From NCBI GenBank assembly GCA_963847705.1, contig CAWKBC010000027.1, forward strand, positions 736,001 to 800,000: a stretch of 64,000 nt of DNA, given 5' to 3'. This document shows positions 27,451 to 36,118 of the stretch, piece by piece. The notes below the pieces were generated by a model, which worked only from the letters and a program-made list of their open reading frames with translations, made no database searches and was not told the DNA's origin. Source of the DNA: an uncultured Pseudomonadota bacterium. GTDB taxonomy: Bacteria; Myxococcota_A; Polyangia; Fen-1088. Position 1 is the first letter of the stretch. Each line of letters starts with the position of its first letter. The translations under genes and the position numbers were made by a program.

Positions 27451-28650
27451 TTAGAACACAGTGAAGATGTCGGGGCGGGAGGCGTCCTTGCTGACGCCGT
27501 CGAGGAGCTCTTTTTGCGTGACGGTGAGCTGGGTGAGGAGCGTGCGGATGTTGGCGACCCGCTGCTTGTAGCTCTCCTGGCGGACCTGATCCGGCGAGCC
27601 GGTCATCACGGCGTCCATGAAGGGGGTCGGCTTCATCGGGACGAGGTTTCCGAGGTCGAGCTTGTCGCCCGTCTTGCGGTCGACCCAGGGAGCGCCCGAG
27701 CCGGAGCGGATCTTGAAGCCGACCAGATCGGCCGCTCCGCAGTCCTTGCCCCCGTTCTTGCAAACCTGATCACCGACCTCGACGAGGTTGCCGACGATGA
27801 TCTTCCCCGCGTTGTCGAACACCAGGCCGTAGTTCTTGTTGGCGGTGGCGGCCGTCTTGTCGGCGTAGGCCTTGAGCGCCTCGGCGTCGTTCTCGGTCCG
27901 GCGGATGTGGCGCTCGATCTCGTTATAGAGCGCGATGGTGTCGTAGTAGTAGTTGAACAGCTTGTCGACGTCCGCGTCGGGGAGACGGAAGAAGTCGACG
28001 CGGAAGATCGTCGCCGTGTTGGGGCGGGGATCCAGCTTGATCGCCTTGAGGTCGGCGACGAACTGCGGATCGTAGGAGAGGGTGTCCTTCTTGGCGGCGG
28101 CCAGTCGTTGCTGGCTGCGCGCGACCGCCAGGCCGATATCGCCCAGCTTCTTCTGCATGTTGTCGAGCTCGCCCTTCACGGCCTTGGCGGCGTGATTGGC
28201 GGTGTTCATGTTGGCGCGGCCGACGCTGGCGATGCCGAGACCGCCGCCCAGCGCGAACGCCGCGGCGCCGACGATGACCGAGGCGATGAGGACGGTCTTG
28301 CTCTTGCTCGAGCCGACGTTCTGCACCGGCGCGCCGTCGTCGATCGAGCGGAGATCGAATCCCCCCTGCGGGGCGCGCATGTTCGCGTACGGGTTCATCC
28401 CCGCGGGCTGGGGAGCTGCCGGCGCCGCCGCGCGTGGTGCCGGGGCGGCGGGAGCGGGAGCCGGAACCCCGGGGCCGCGCCCTGGTTGCGGGAAAGGTTG
28501 TCCCGGAGCGGGGCGCGCACCTGCCTGGGGCATTCCGCCGGGGGCGGGGGCTCCGGCAGGGCTGCCGTCGGGTCGTTTCAGACCGAGACGGGCCTTGAGG
28601 TCACTGATGTCCTTGGTCGGCGGGACGCCTGGCTTCCTATTCTGATCCAC
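27451..28650 (-). CDS. single-pass membrane hypothetical protein (Pro-rich N-terminus, coiled-coil ectodomain)
   Basis: GGAGGAG RBS before GTG; TM VLIASVIVGAAAFALGGGLG; strong codon bias. Confidence 0.78.
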   Translation of the reverse strand: MDQNRKPGVPPTKDISDLKARLGLKRPDGSPAGAPAPGGMPQAGARPAPGQPFPQPGRGPGVPAPAPAAPAPRAAAPAAPQPAGMNPYANMRAPQGGFDLRSIDDGAPVQNVGSSKSKTVLIASVIVGAAAFALGGGLGIASVGRANMNTANHAAKAVKGELDNMQKKLGDIGLAVARSQQRLAAAKKDTLSYDPQFVADLKAIKLDPRPNTATIFRVDFFRLPDADVDKLFNYYYDTIALYNEIERHIRRTENDAEALKAYADKTAATANKNYGLVFDNAGKIIVGNLVEVGDQVCKNGGKDCGAADLVGFKIRSGSGAPWVDRKTGDKLDLGNLVPMKPTPFMDAVMTGSPDQVRQESYKQRVANIRTLLTQLTVTQKELLDGVSKDASRPDIFTVF

Positions 28651-28744
28651 TGAGCTCCTCCGGTGGCGCGGTAAACATCACGCGCCGCTGCGTCTGATCG
28701 GCAAAAAGCGGACAAAGCGAGCACAGAAACAACAGCGAGAGCGG

Positions 28745-28773
28745 ACCATACTGACGGCCTCCGCACCTGTCAA
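28745..28773 (-). promoter_or_regulatory. sigma70 promoter
   Basis: TTGACA-N17-TATGGT on the minus strand, about 95 nt upstream of 28650. Confidence 0.75.
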
Positions 28774-28882
28774 GCGAACCGAGCGGAAACAAAGCAACGC
28801 CCTCGCGGAACAGCTCAAGAATCTCCCGCGGGAGCGTCGTCTGGTTGTTCGTGAGTGGTTGCGCGGCTCTACCGCGCCTGCC

Positions 28883-29254
28883 CTAGGCGAAGCTCAGGTA
28901 CGACTCGATGGCCCAGATGGCGTCCGGCGGAAGGTTGGTGAAGCGCACCCCCACCGTTCGTCCCTCCTTGGTCACGGTCTCGCCCGAGGCCGTCAGGATC
29001 TCGTTGCTGTCAGGAAGCTGGAACTGCAGGCCCATATAGTGAGGCGCCCGGCTCTGATCCGGCTCGATCATTGGAACGAGGCGCGCGCCCGTACGGCTCA
29101 AATCAACCATCCGACAGAGATAGGGCTGACCATCGAGGAAACGATTCATGTAAAGGTCGACGCTGACCCGCCGATTGGTCCGTCGGTCTGGTCCGTGTGC
29201 CCGCCGCGTTCCGCGCCGATCCAAAATGCGATCCGAAGTCTTCTTCTTGAGCAT
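28883..29254 (-). CDS. stand-alone PilZ domain protein
   Basis: RRTNRR (RxxxR) and DLSRTG (DxSxxG); GVRF; AAGGAGG RBS before ATG 29254. Confidence 0.85.
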   Translation of the reverse strand: MLKKKTSDRILDRRGTRRAHGPDRRTNRRVSVDLYMNRFLDGQPYLCRMVDLSRTGARLVPMIEPDQSRAPHYMGLQFQLPDSNEILTASGETVTKEGRTVGVRFTNLPPDAIWAIESYLSFA

Positions 29255-29479
29255 GAGGCCCTCCTTGGGAGTTGTCCTACATGTAGGCTCAAGTGAGCGA
29301 TCGGTCAAATTTTTGGCCATCTTTTCGAGTTTCTTCGCAGAGTTTGACTCGCGGCGCCGCGGTACCGATAATCCGGGCCGCTCAATACCGTTGGGCGCCG
29401 CTCTTTCGTTGCCGAGCGCGCCAATCCGTTTCGTCTCTCACCCCGTCCCATTCCCCAAAGCCGAGCACAGGAGCCAGGC

Positions 29480-30952
29480 ATGCACCGCATGAAGATCGGG
29501 CTTGTCGCCGCCATCGTTTTACTCGCGCTCACCGGCGGCATTTATTCCGTCGTGACCCGCGAGCTCAAAGAGTCGACCGTCCGCTCCGTGGAGGCGGACG
29601 TGTCGCGTGCACAGCGCATGCATGGCGACATCGCGCGTCTCGAAGCGCTCGAATTCGCCAACCTGGTGGCCGGCCTCGCCCGCCGTCCGGCGGTGGTCGA
29701 CGTCTTCTCCAAAGCGGACATCACGGGACGCCGTCAGGCCGCTTTCGAGCAGGCCGAGCAGCTCAATGGTTTCTTGCAGACCGGGGGCGCACGCAAGGCC
29801 GACATCGTCGCGATCATCGACGCGGAAGGGAAAGTCCTGGCGCGTGACCTCAACGTCAACGCGATGTTCGGGGAAGACCTCCGCTCCAAGTACCCGGCCG
29901 TGGCCAGCGCGTTGCGGGGCGAGGCGACCAAGGACATCTGGACCCTGTCCGGGAGCATGACCCGCGTGGCGGTCGCGCCGGTGATTCAGCCCGACGGCAC
30001 GATCCGCGGCGCGTTGCTCGTCGGCTACGCCGTCACGGCGCGCGACGCCCAGGCCAAGCGCGACCTGCTCGGGACCGAGGTCGCCTACTTCCAGAACGGC
30101 AAGGTCCACACCTCCAGCTTCGTTTCGGAGGGCACCGGGGAGAGCGCGAAGGAGGACGGGAACAAGACCCAGGCGCTGAACCAGATCCTGTTCCAGTCGC
30201 CCGAGGCGTGGGGACAGCAGGCCCTCGCCAAGGGGGCCCCTTCGGAGGTCTTCACCCTGACGCTCGACGGACGCGAGTACGCGGCGGTCGCGGCACCGCT
30301 TCACGGCAACGCCTTCGACAAGACCAGCGGCGTGGTGACGCTGGAGTCGATCTCCGACGCGATGGAGTCCGTGTCGTCGATCGGAATGAAGATCATCTTC
30401 TTCGGGATCTTGTCGATCCTGGTGATGCTGGCGGCGGTGATGCTGACCGCGCAGCGGTTCATCCGGCCGCTCGACAAGATCGAGCTTGGCGTCGCCGAGA
30501 TCATCAACGGCAACATCGACTACCAGTTCAAGCCGGTGGGCCCCGATTTCGAGGGGCTGTCGAACGGCCTCAACGTGATGCTGGCGCGGCTGCTCGGCCG
30601 CGAGGAGCCGAACGAGGACGAGCCGGAAGAGGAGCAGGATGAGACCTCGCGCTGGCGCTCCGACCAGATGCTGGTCGAAGAGGGTTCCGGCCCCACGGCC
30701 TCCTCGTCGCCCGAGGCGGCCGCGCTCGCGCAGGAAGGCGAGCCCGTCTACTACACGCGCATCTTCAACGAGTACGTCGCTGCGCTGAAGAGCCAGGGAA
30801 AGCCGACCAAGGGGATCACGGTCCAGGCGTTCACCGCCAAGCTACGCCTCATCGAGGGTGGGCTGAAGCAGAAGTGGAAGTGCCGCATGGTCCGCTTCAA
30901 GGTCAACACCCAGGGCGAGCAGGCGACGTTGAAGCCCATCCCGATCAACTAG
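29480..30952 (+). CDS. Cache-like sensor + HAMP membrane protein with MXAN_5187-like C-terminal domain
   Basis: TM-periplasmic(Cache-like)-TM-HAMP (IRPLDKI..GNIDY..LSNGLNVML); C-terminal YYTRIFNEYV..FTAKL..CRMVRFKV..ATLKP. Confidence 0.72.
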   Translation: MHRMKIGLVAAIVLLALTGGIYSVVTRELKESTVRSVEADVSRAQRMHGDIARLEALEFANLVAGLARRPAVVDVFSKADITGRRQAAFEQAEQLNGFLQTGGARKADIVAIIDAEGKVLARDLNVNAMFGEDLRSKYPAVASALRGEATKDIWTLSGSMTRVAVAPVIQPDGTIRGALLVGYAVTARDAQAKRDLLGTEVAYFQNGKVHTSSFVSEGTGESAKEDGNKTQALNQILFQSPEAWGQQALAKGAPSEVFTLTLDGREYAAVAAPLHGNAFDKTSGVVTLESISDAMESVSSIGMKIIFFGILSILVMLAAVMLTAQRFIRPLDKIELGVAEIINGNIDYQFKPVGPDFEGLSNGLNVMLARLLGREEPNEDEPEEEQDETSRWRSDQMLVEEGSGPTASSSPEAAALAQEGEPVYYTRIFNEYVAALKSQGKPTKGITVQAFTAKLRLIEGGLKQKWKCRMVRFKVNTQGEQATLKPIPIN

Positions 30953-30965
30953 CGCCGTCGCTCGC

Positions 30966-31207
30966 GCCCATCGGCCCTCAGGCCCCGTTGCTCGGGCCCT
31001 ACGGGCCCATCGGCCCATCGGCCGCGTTGCTCGGGCCCTTACGGGCCCATCGGCCCATCGGCCGCGTTGCTCGGGCCCTTACGGGCCCATCGGCCCATCG
31101 GCCGCGTTGCTCGGGCCCTACGGGCCCATCGGCCCTCGGCCCCGTTGCTCGGGCCACGGGCCCATCGGCCCATCGGCCGCGTTGCTCGGGCCCTTACGGG
31201 CCCATCG
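30966..31207. repeat. ~40-bp tandem array, about 6 copies, GGGCCC-rich
   Basis: acgggcccatcggcccatcggccgcgttgctcgggccctt identical at 31001, 31041, 31156; variants at 30966, 31081, 31120. Confidence 0.92.
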
Positions 31208-31218
31208 CTCGGGGCCTC

Positions 31219-31234
31219 GGGTCCTTCGGGACCC
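31219..31234 (+). repeat. cUUCGg tetraloop hairpin
   Basis: GGGTCC-TTCG-GGACCC. Confidence 0.55.
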
Positions 31235-31305
31235 AACCCCCGAACGACTCTTTCTGACCGTTACGGGCGCGCGTGGTCACCGACCGCGCGCGCTTCGTGC
31301 GTCGC

Positions 31306-31429
31306 CCGCTCGCTCCCACTCCGCTCCGCGCGCGAACTTTTTCCGGCGCGTGGGCTGCCATTTCAAAATGTGAGCGCAGCCCACGCGCCGGAAAAAGTCC
31401 CGTGCGGACCGGAGCGGGAGCTCGAGCGG
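31306..31429. repeat. long inverted repeat (23-bp perfect core with imperfect outer arms)
   Basis: actttttccggcgcgtgggctgc (31336-31358) / gcagcccacgcgccggaaaaagt (31376-31398); outer ccgctcg..ctccc..ctccg pairs with cggag..gggag..cgagcgg. Confidence 0.88.
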
Positions 31430-31485
31430 CGGACCTCGATTCCGCACGGCCTGCGGGTCGCGGCGTTTGGTGGGCGGATCAGAGC

Positions 31486-31621
31486 GGTCGAGGTGTTGGG
31501 GCGATCCGGGGTGTTGGAGTGGGTCGAGGTGTTGGAGTGGGGTGGTCGAGGTGTTCGAGCGGGGCGAGGTGTTGGTGGCATTGGGGTGGTCGAGGTGTTC
31601 GAGTGGGTCGAGGTGTTGGGG
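31486..31621. repeat. G/T-rich degenerate repeat, 7 copies (GGTCGAGGTGTTSGAGTG-like)
   Basis: Seven GGTGTT cores at roughly 18-26 bp spacing; strong strand skew. Confidence 0.8.
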
Positions 31622-31679
31622 CATTGGCCGATGGGCCACGAAAGTGGGGTGCCTGCAGCGCGTGGTGTAAGGTCATTTG

Positions 31680-32903
31680 GTGACCGTAGAGAGCGGCCTC
31701 GATGTTCTTTGCAAAGACCGTCTGAGCCTTCTGCGAGGAAGGCGCGTCGGGGTTCTCTGCCACCCGGCCAGCGTCGCGTCCGATCTCACGCACGTGGTCG
31801 ACAGGCTGATCGAGGTGGGCGTCCGGCCCAGCCGGCTTTACGGCCCGGAGCACGGCGTGCGCGGCGAGGCGCAGGACATGATCGGCGTCGACGACGATCG
31901 CGATCGCCGCACCGGGATCCCGGTGGTCAGCCTCTACGGCGAGACGTTCGAGTCACTGGCGCCCTCCGCGGCCGATCTGGCCGGGATCGACGTGCTGGTG
32001 GTCGATCTCCAGGACGTGGGCAGCCGCTATTACACGTACATCTGGACGATGGTGTTGGCGATGGAGGCGGCGTTCCGATCGGGCGTGGCCGTGATTGTGC
32101 TCGATCGCCCCAATCCACTCGGCGGCGTAGGGATCGAAGGTGGCACCGTCGGCGAGGGGTACGAGTCGTTCGTGGGACTGGGAGCAATCCCGGTGAGGCA
32201 CGGGCTGACCATCGGCGAGGTGGCGCGGCTGCGCCTGCCGGGGATGCCCTGGGGGGGGGCGCGGTTCGCGCGGCCCATCGAGGGTGACCTCACGGTGGTG
32301 CCGATGCGCGGGTGGCGGCGGGCGATGAACTTCGTCGAGGCGGGGCTCCCCTGGGTGATGCCGTCGCCGAACATGCCGACGCCGGCGACCGCGCTGGTCT
32401 ATCCCGGGCAGTGTCTGTTCGAGGCGACGAACCTCTCCGAAGGGCGGGGCACCACGCGTCCGTTCGAGATCGTGGGCGCGCCGTTCCTCGACGGATACGA
32501 CTGGGTGGCGGCGCTGACCGAGATGTCGCGGAAGGAGCTGCCGCTGCCGGGCGTGCGGTTTCGGCCGCTCTCGTTCCGGCCGACGTTTCACAAGTTCGCC
32601 GGTCGGTCCTCCGGTGGCGTGCAGCTGCACGTGACCGACCGGGCCGCCTTTCGACCGTACGCGACGGGGATCGCGCTCATTGCCAGCGCGCACCGGCTGG
32701 CGCCGGCCGAGTTTCGCTGGCGGACGGAGCCCTACGAATTCGTCGCCGATCCGCCCGCCATCGATCTGCTGACCGGCGGGGCGGACGTCCGCCGCACCGT
32801 CGACACGAACACGCCGCTCGGCGAGCTCGTCGCCACCTTCGCCCCCTTCGAAAGGGAGTTCGCCGAGCTCCGGCGCCCGGCGTTGCTCCCCGACTATCTT
32901 TAG
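31680..32903 (+). CDS. namZ: exo-beta-N-acetylmuramidase NamZ family (DUF1343)
   Basis: GLDVL, GPEHGVRG, SLYG, DLQDVGSRYYTY, LDRPNPLGG, PSPNMP, SEGRGTTRPFE. Confidence 0.92.
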   Translation: MTVESGLDVLCKDRLSLLRGRRVGVLCHPASVASDLTHVVDRLIEVGVRPSRLYGPEHGVRGEAQDMIGVDDDRDRRTGIPVVSLYGETFESLAPSAADLAGIDVLVVDLQDVGSRYYTYIWTMVLAMEAAFRSGVAVIVLDRPNPLGGVGIEGGTVGEGYESFVGLGAIPVRHGLTIGEVARLRLPGMPWGGARFARPIEGDLTVVPMRGWRRAMNFVEAGLPWVMPSPNMPTPATALVYPGQCLFEATNLSEGRGTTRPFEIVGAPFLDGYDWVAALTEMSRKELPLPGVRFRPLSFRPTFHKFAGRSSGGVQLHVTDRAAFRPYATGIALIASAHRLAPAEFRWRTEPYEFVADPPAIDLLTGGADVRRTVDTNTPLGELVATFAPFEREFAELRRPALLPDYL

Positions 32904-32913
32904 AAGACGGGCG

Positions 32914-33465
32914 ATGCGCGTCGCGATCTTCGGAGGGAGCTTCAATCCGCCGCACCTGGCGCATCAGATGGCGGCCCTCTACGTCCTCGAGACGGCCGCG
33001 ATCGACGAGCTCTGGATCGTGCCGGCCTTCCAGCACCCGTTCGGCAAGGCGCTGGCGCCGTTCGCGCATCGGCTGGAGATGTGTGAGCTGGCCGGGGCGG
33101 CCCTGGGGCCGCGGGTGAAGGTCAGCGCCGTCGAGCGCGACCTCGGCGTCGAGAGCCGCACCCTGCGCACGGTGCGACGGCTCCAGCAGGATTTTCCGGC
33201 CCACACGTTCTCCCTGGTGATCGGCGCCGATCTGCTCGCCGAGCTCCCCTCCTGGCAGGAGAGCGCGGAGCTGCAGCGGTCGGTGCCCTTGCTGGTGGTC
33301 GGCCGGGCCGGTTTCGAGACGGGTGAGGGGCGCCTGGCGCTGCCGCCCGTGAGCTCGACCGAGGTGCGGGCCGCGCTGGCTGCGGGGCGCCCGGTCGACG
33401 GGCTCGTGCCGCGCACGGTTCTCGACTACATCCGCGCGCACGACCTCTACGGCGAGAAGGGATGA
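32914..33465 (+). CDS. nadD: nicotinate-nucleotide adenylyltransferase
   Basis: IFGGSFNPPHLAH (HxxH), VIGAD, VSSTEVR, VLDYI...LY. Confidence 0.9.
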   Translation: MRVAIFGGSFNPPHLAHQMAALYVLETAAIDELWIVPAFQHPFGKALAPFAHRLEMCELAGAALGPRVKVSAVERDLGVESRTLRTVRRLQQDFPAHTFSLVIGADLLAELPSWQESAELQRSVPLLVVGRAGFETGEGRLALPPVSSTEVRAALAAGRPVDGLVPRTVLDYIRAHDLYGEKG

Positions 33466-34451
33466 GCGACCTGCCCGAAGCGGGGATGGGCCCGCGGGCG
33501 GTGACCGAAGGGCCGGCCGAGCCGCTCCCCTCGGTGTTCATCATGGGCGCCGGTGTCGTCGGCACCGCGCTGGCGGTGCGCCTGGCCGGCGCCGGGGTCC
33601 CTGTCACCGGCTTGCACGGCCGTCAGGTCGAGCCGCCCGACACCGCCCGGGCGACCTTCGGCGCGGTCAGCGTCGTCCGATCGACCGGCGAGATCCCGCA
33701 GATGCTCTCGGAGTCCGACGCCGTGATCATCGCCGTCCGCGACGATCGGATCCCCGAGGTGGCCGCGCGGCTGGTCAGCGAAGCGCGCCTGCGGCAGCGG
33801 CAGATCCTGCTTCACACCTCGGGGGCCAACCCCGCGCGCAGCATCCTGGCGGCCGCGCTGCCGCAGGTCCGCGCGGTCGGGACGCTGCATCCGCTGGCCT
33901 CCTTTGCCGACGCGCGCGTGGCCATCGAAGGACTGAGCCAGATCGCCTTCGGGATCGAGGGGGACGAGGCGGCGTGCGCCCTGGCCCGGCGGATCGTGGG
34001 GGCGCTGGGGGCCCGGCCGGTGATTCTAGAGGCCGAAAATCTGGCGCTCTACCACGCGGGCGCGGTGATCGCGTCGAGTTACGTGGTCGCCATGGCCGAC
34101 GCAGCGCGGTCACTCCTCATCAAGGCGGGCGTCCCCGCCGACCAGGCCCTCCCGGTGCTGATCCCCTTGCTCGCCAGTGTGGTCCAGAACCTGGCTCAGC
34201 TCGGGCTCCCGGGCGCTCTGACGGGACCGGTCGAGCGGGGCGACGTGGCGGTGGTGGAACGTCACCTCGTCGCGCTTGCGGCGCAGGCGCCCGAGCTGGT
34301 CGAGCTCTACCGATTGGTCGGCCGGGAGGTGCTTCGCCTGGCGCGCGAGAAGGCCAAGATCGCCCCCGCCGCCGCCGCTCGGCTGGAGGCGCTGTTCTCG
34401 GGGGCCATCCCCTTCGCTCCCGCGACCAGCGGCCACGGGCCGGGCGCCTGA
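33462..34451 (+). CDS. Rossmann-like/DUF2520 oxidoreductase (PanG-like)
   Basis: GAGVVG, AVRDD, HTSGA, LHPLASF, LYHAGAVIAS, ALTGPVERGD. Confidence 0.85.
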   Translation: MSDLPEAGMGPRAVTEGPAEPLPSVFIMGAGVVGTALAVRLAGAGVPVTGLHGRQVEPPDTARATFGAVSVVRSTGEIPQMLSESDAVIIAVRDDRIPEVAARLVSEARLRQRQILLHTSGANPARSILAAALPQVRAVGTLHPLASFADARVAIEGLSQIAFGIEGDEAACALARRIVGALGARPVILEAENLALYHAGAVIASSYVVAMADAARSLLIKAGVPADQALPVLIPLLASVVQNLAQLGLPGALTGPVERGDVAVVERHLVALAAQAPELVELYRLVGREVLRLAREKAKIAPAAAARLEALFSGAIPFAPATSGHGPGA

Positions 34452-34581
34452 GCCGGCCCTCGGGGTTGCCGGTTTGTCCGGTTCGCCCGTTTGTGGTGTG
34501 ACGAGCCTGGCATTTCGCCCGCCTCTTCGCCTAATATCGCCTCCCGTTTCAACGTTGCGCCGACGGCGCGGGAGCTCTGGA

Positions 34582-35130
34582 ATGCACAAGGGATTTGCGC
34601 TCCGATTTGGGACAGTCCTGGCCCTCTCTCTTTTGACGTTCGCGCGCCCGAGCGCGGCCGCCAAGCCCGAGGACGTCTTCAAGGGGAAGATCATCATCAC
34701 CAAGAACCGGCTGCCGATGCACTTCTCGTCGCCGGGGGGCTTCGTCAGCGCGCTGCAGAAGAATAAGATCGACAAGATCTGGCCGACCGAAGAGCACGGC
34801 GACGACAAGGGGACCTGGGACCTCGAGTACCTGGCGTTCTTCGCGCAGCCACTCGACGACAGCGAGATCCAGGTGAAGTTTTTCGACATCACCCAGGGCG
34901 GCAAGAAGTTCGTGGCCGGCGATCCGCAGTACACGCGCGAGCGCGGCTCCCGCATCTTCGGTTCCAGCATCCAGCTGGCCAAGCCGGAGTTCGACGTGCG
35001 CAAGCGCTACATGATGACCATCGAATCCAGGGGGCGCGTCATCGCGACGACCAGCTTCTGGTTGCTCGGCAAGGGCGCGAACTACAGCGGCAAGGTCGAG
35101 TTCTCCGACGCCGACACCCGCGCCAAGTAA
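34582..35130 (+). CDS. secreted hypothetical protein
   Basis: ATG 34582 with signal peptide; strong codon bias in the mature part. Confidence 0.72.
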   Translation: MHKGFALRFGTVLALSLLTFARPSAAAKPEDVFKGKIIITKNRLPMHFSSPGGFVSALQKNKIDKIWPTEEHGDDKGTWDLEYLAFFAQPLDDSEIQVKFFDITQGGKKFVAGDPQYTRERGSRIFGSSIQLAKPEFDVRKRYMMTIESRGRVIATTSFWLLGKGANYSGKVEFSDADTRAK

Positions 35131-35197
35131 CGAAACGACACGCTGACGACAGGGCGGGGCGGGGTGACGAGGTGAAAATGCCGAGACGGTTCTGTCT

Positions 35198-36118
35198 TTG
35201 AAACGGGTGGGATTCTTCCTCGCGCTGATGGCGGCGGGCGGTCTGGCGCGGGCGGCCGCCCCGGACTCGAAACCGCCGCAGTCGCAAGCGCCGGCGAGCG
35301 ACGCGCCGCACGCCGCGCACAAGAGCCGTCGAAAGTCCGCCAGAGCCGACAAGCTCGTGGCGGGTTCGCCCGGGTTGCCGGCGGACCGGGTGGAGGCGTT
35401 GCGCCTGGCCCTGGTGGGCGCCGATGACGCAGCGGCAATCGAGGCGGCCGCCACCCTGGGCGCTTCGGGAACATCGGCCGCGGCCGAGCCGCTCTGCGAA
35501 GTGTTGGCGGCGGGCGCCGCGCCGGAGCGGTTGCAGGCGGTGCTCGACGCGCTCGGGAAGCTGGGCGAGGCGCACCTCCTGCCCGCCGATCAGACGACCC
35601 TCGACGCGCTGGAGCTCTACAGCGGTCATCGCTCGCCCGATGTACGCCGGCGGGCCATCAAGGCGCTGGGCGCGGTCAACGACCCGCGCGCGACGCCGGC
35701 TCTGCTGGACCGGCTGGGCGACGCTGCCTCGGACGTCCGCGCCGCGGCCGCCCAGGCGCTGGCGGCCCGCCACGAGGCCGCGGCCGCGCACCGGATGTTC
35801 GCGCTCCTGGCGATGGGCGATGCCGGCGTCGCCGGTCCCCTGGCCACGCTGGCCACCCCCGACATGGTCCCGCGGATCGCCGAGCTGAACGGCACCATCG
35901 AGGACGGGGTCATCGCCGACGCGCTCGGCGACTACGTCAAGCGTCCTGACGTTCCGGACAAGCTGCGCATCGACGTGCTCCGGACGATCGGAGGGCTGTC
36001 AGGCGCGGTGGCCACCACGGCGCTGGTCGACTACATCGCCTCGGTCCCCGCCAAGGACGACCGTGCCTCCAAGAAGGAAGCGCAGAAGCTGCTCGACGAG
36101 CGGAGCGCCTCGCCATGA
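35198..36118 (+). CDS. secreted HEAT/PBS-lyase repeat protein
   Basis: Signal peptide; DVRRRAIKALG, LGDAASDVRAAAAQALA repeats. Confidence 0.75.
   Translation: MKRVGFFLALMAAGGLARAAAPDSKPPQSQAPASDAPHAAHKSRRKSARADKLVAGSPGLPADRVEALRLALVGADDAAAIEAAATLGASGTSAAAEPLCEVLAAGAAPERLQAVLDALGKLGEAHLLPADQTTLDALELYSGHRSPDVRRRAIKALGAVNDPRATPALLDRLGDAASDVRAAAAQALAARHEAAAAHRMFALLAMGDAGVAGPLATLATPDMVPRIAELNGTIEDGVIADALGDYVKRPDVPDKLRIDVLRTIGGLSGAVATTALVDYIASVPAKDDRASKKEAQKLLDERSASP

Noticed and set aside
30966-31207. CRISPR array (40-bp period)
   Set aside because: No spacers; simple tandem duplication.
31067-31683. Small ORFs across the repeat-rich intergenic region
   Set aside because: They translate the repeats, have atypical codon usage and no RBS; treated as non-coding.
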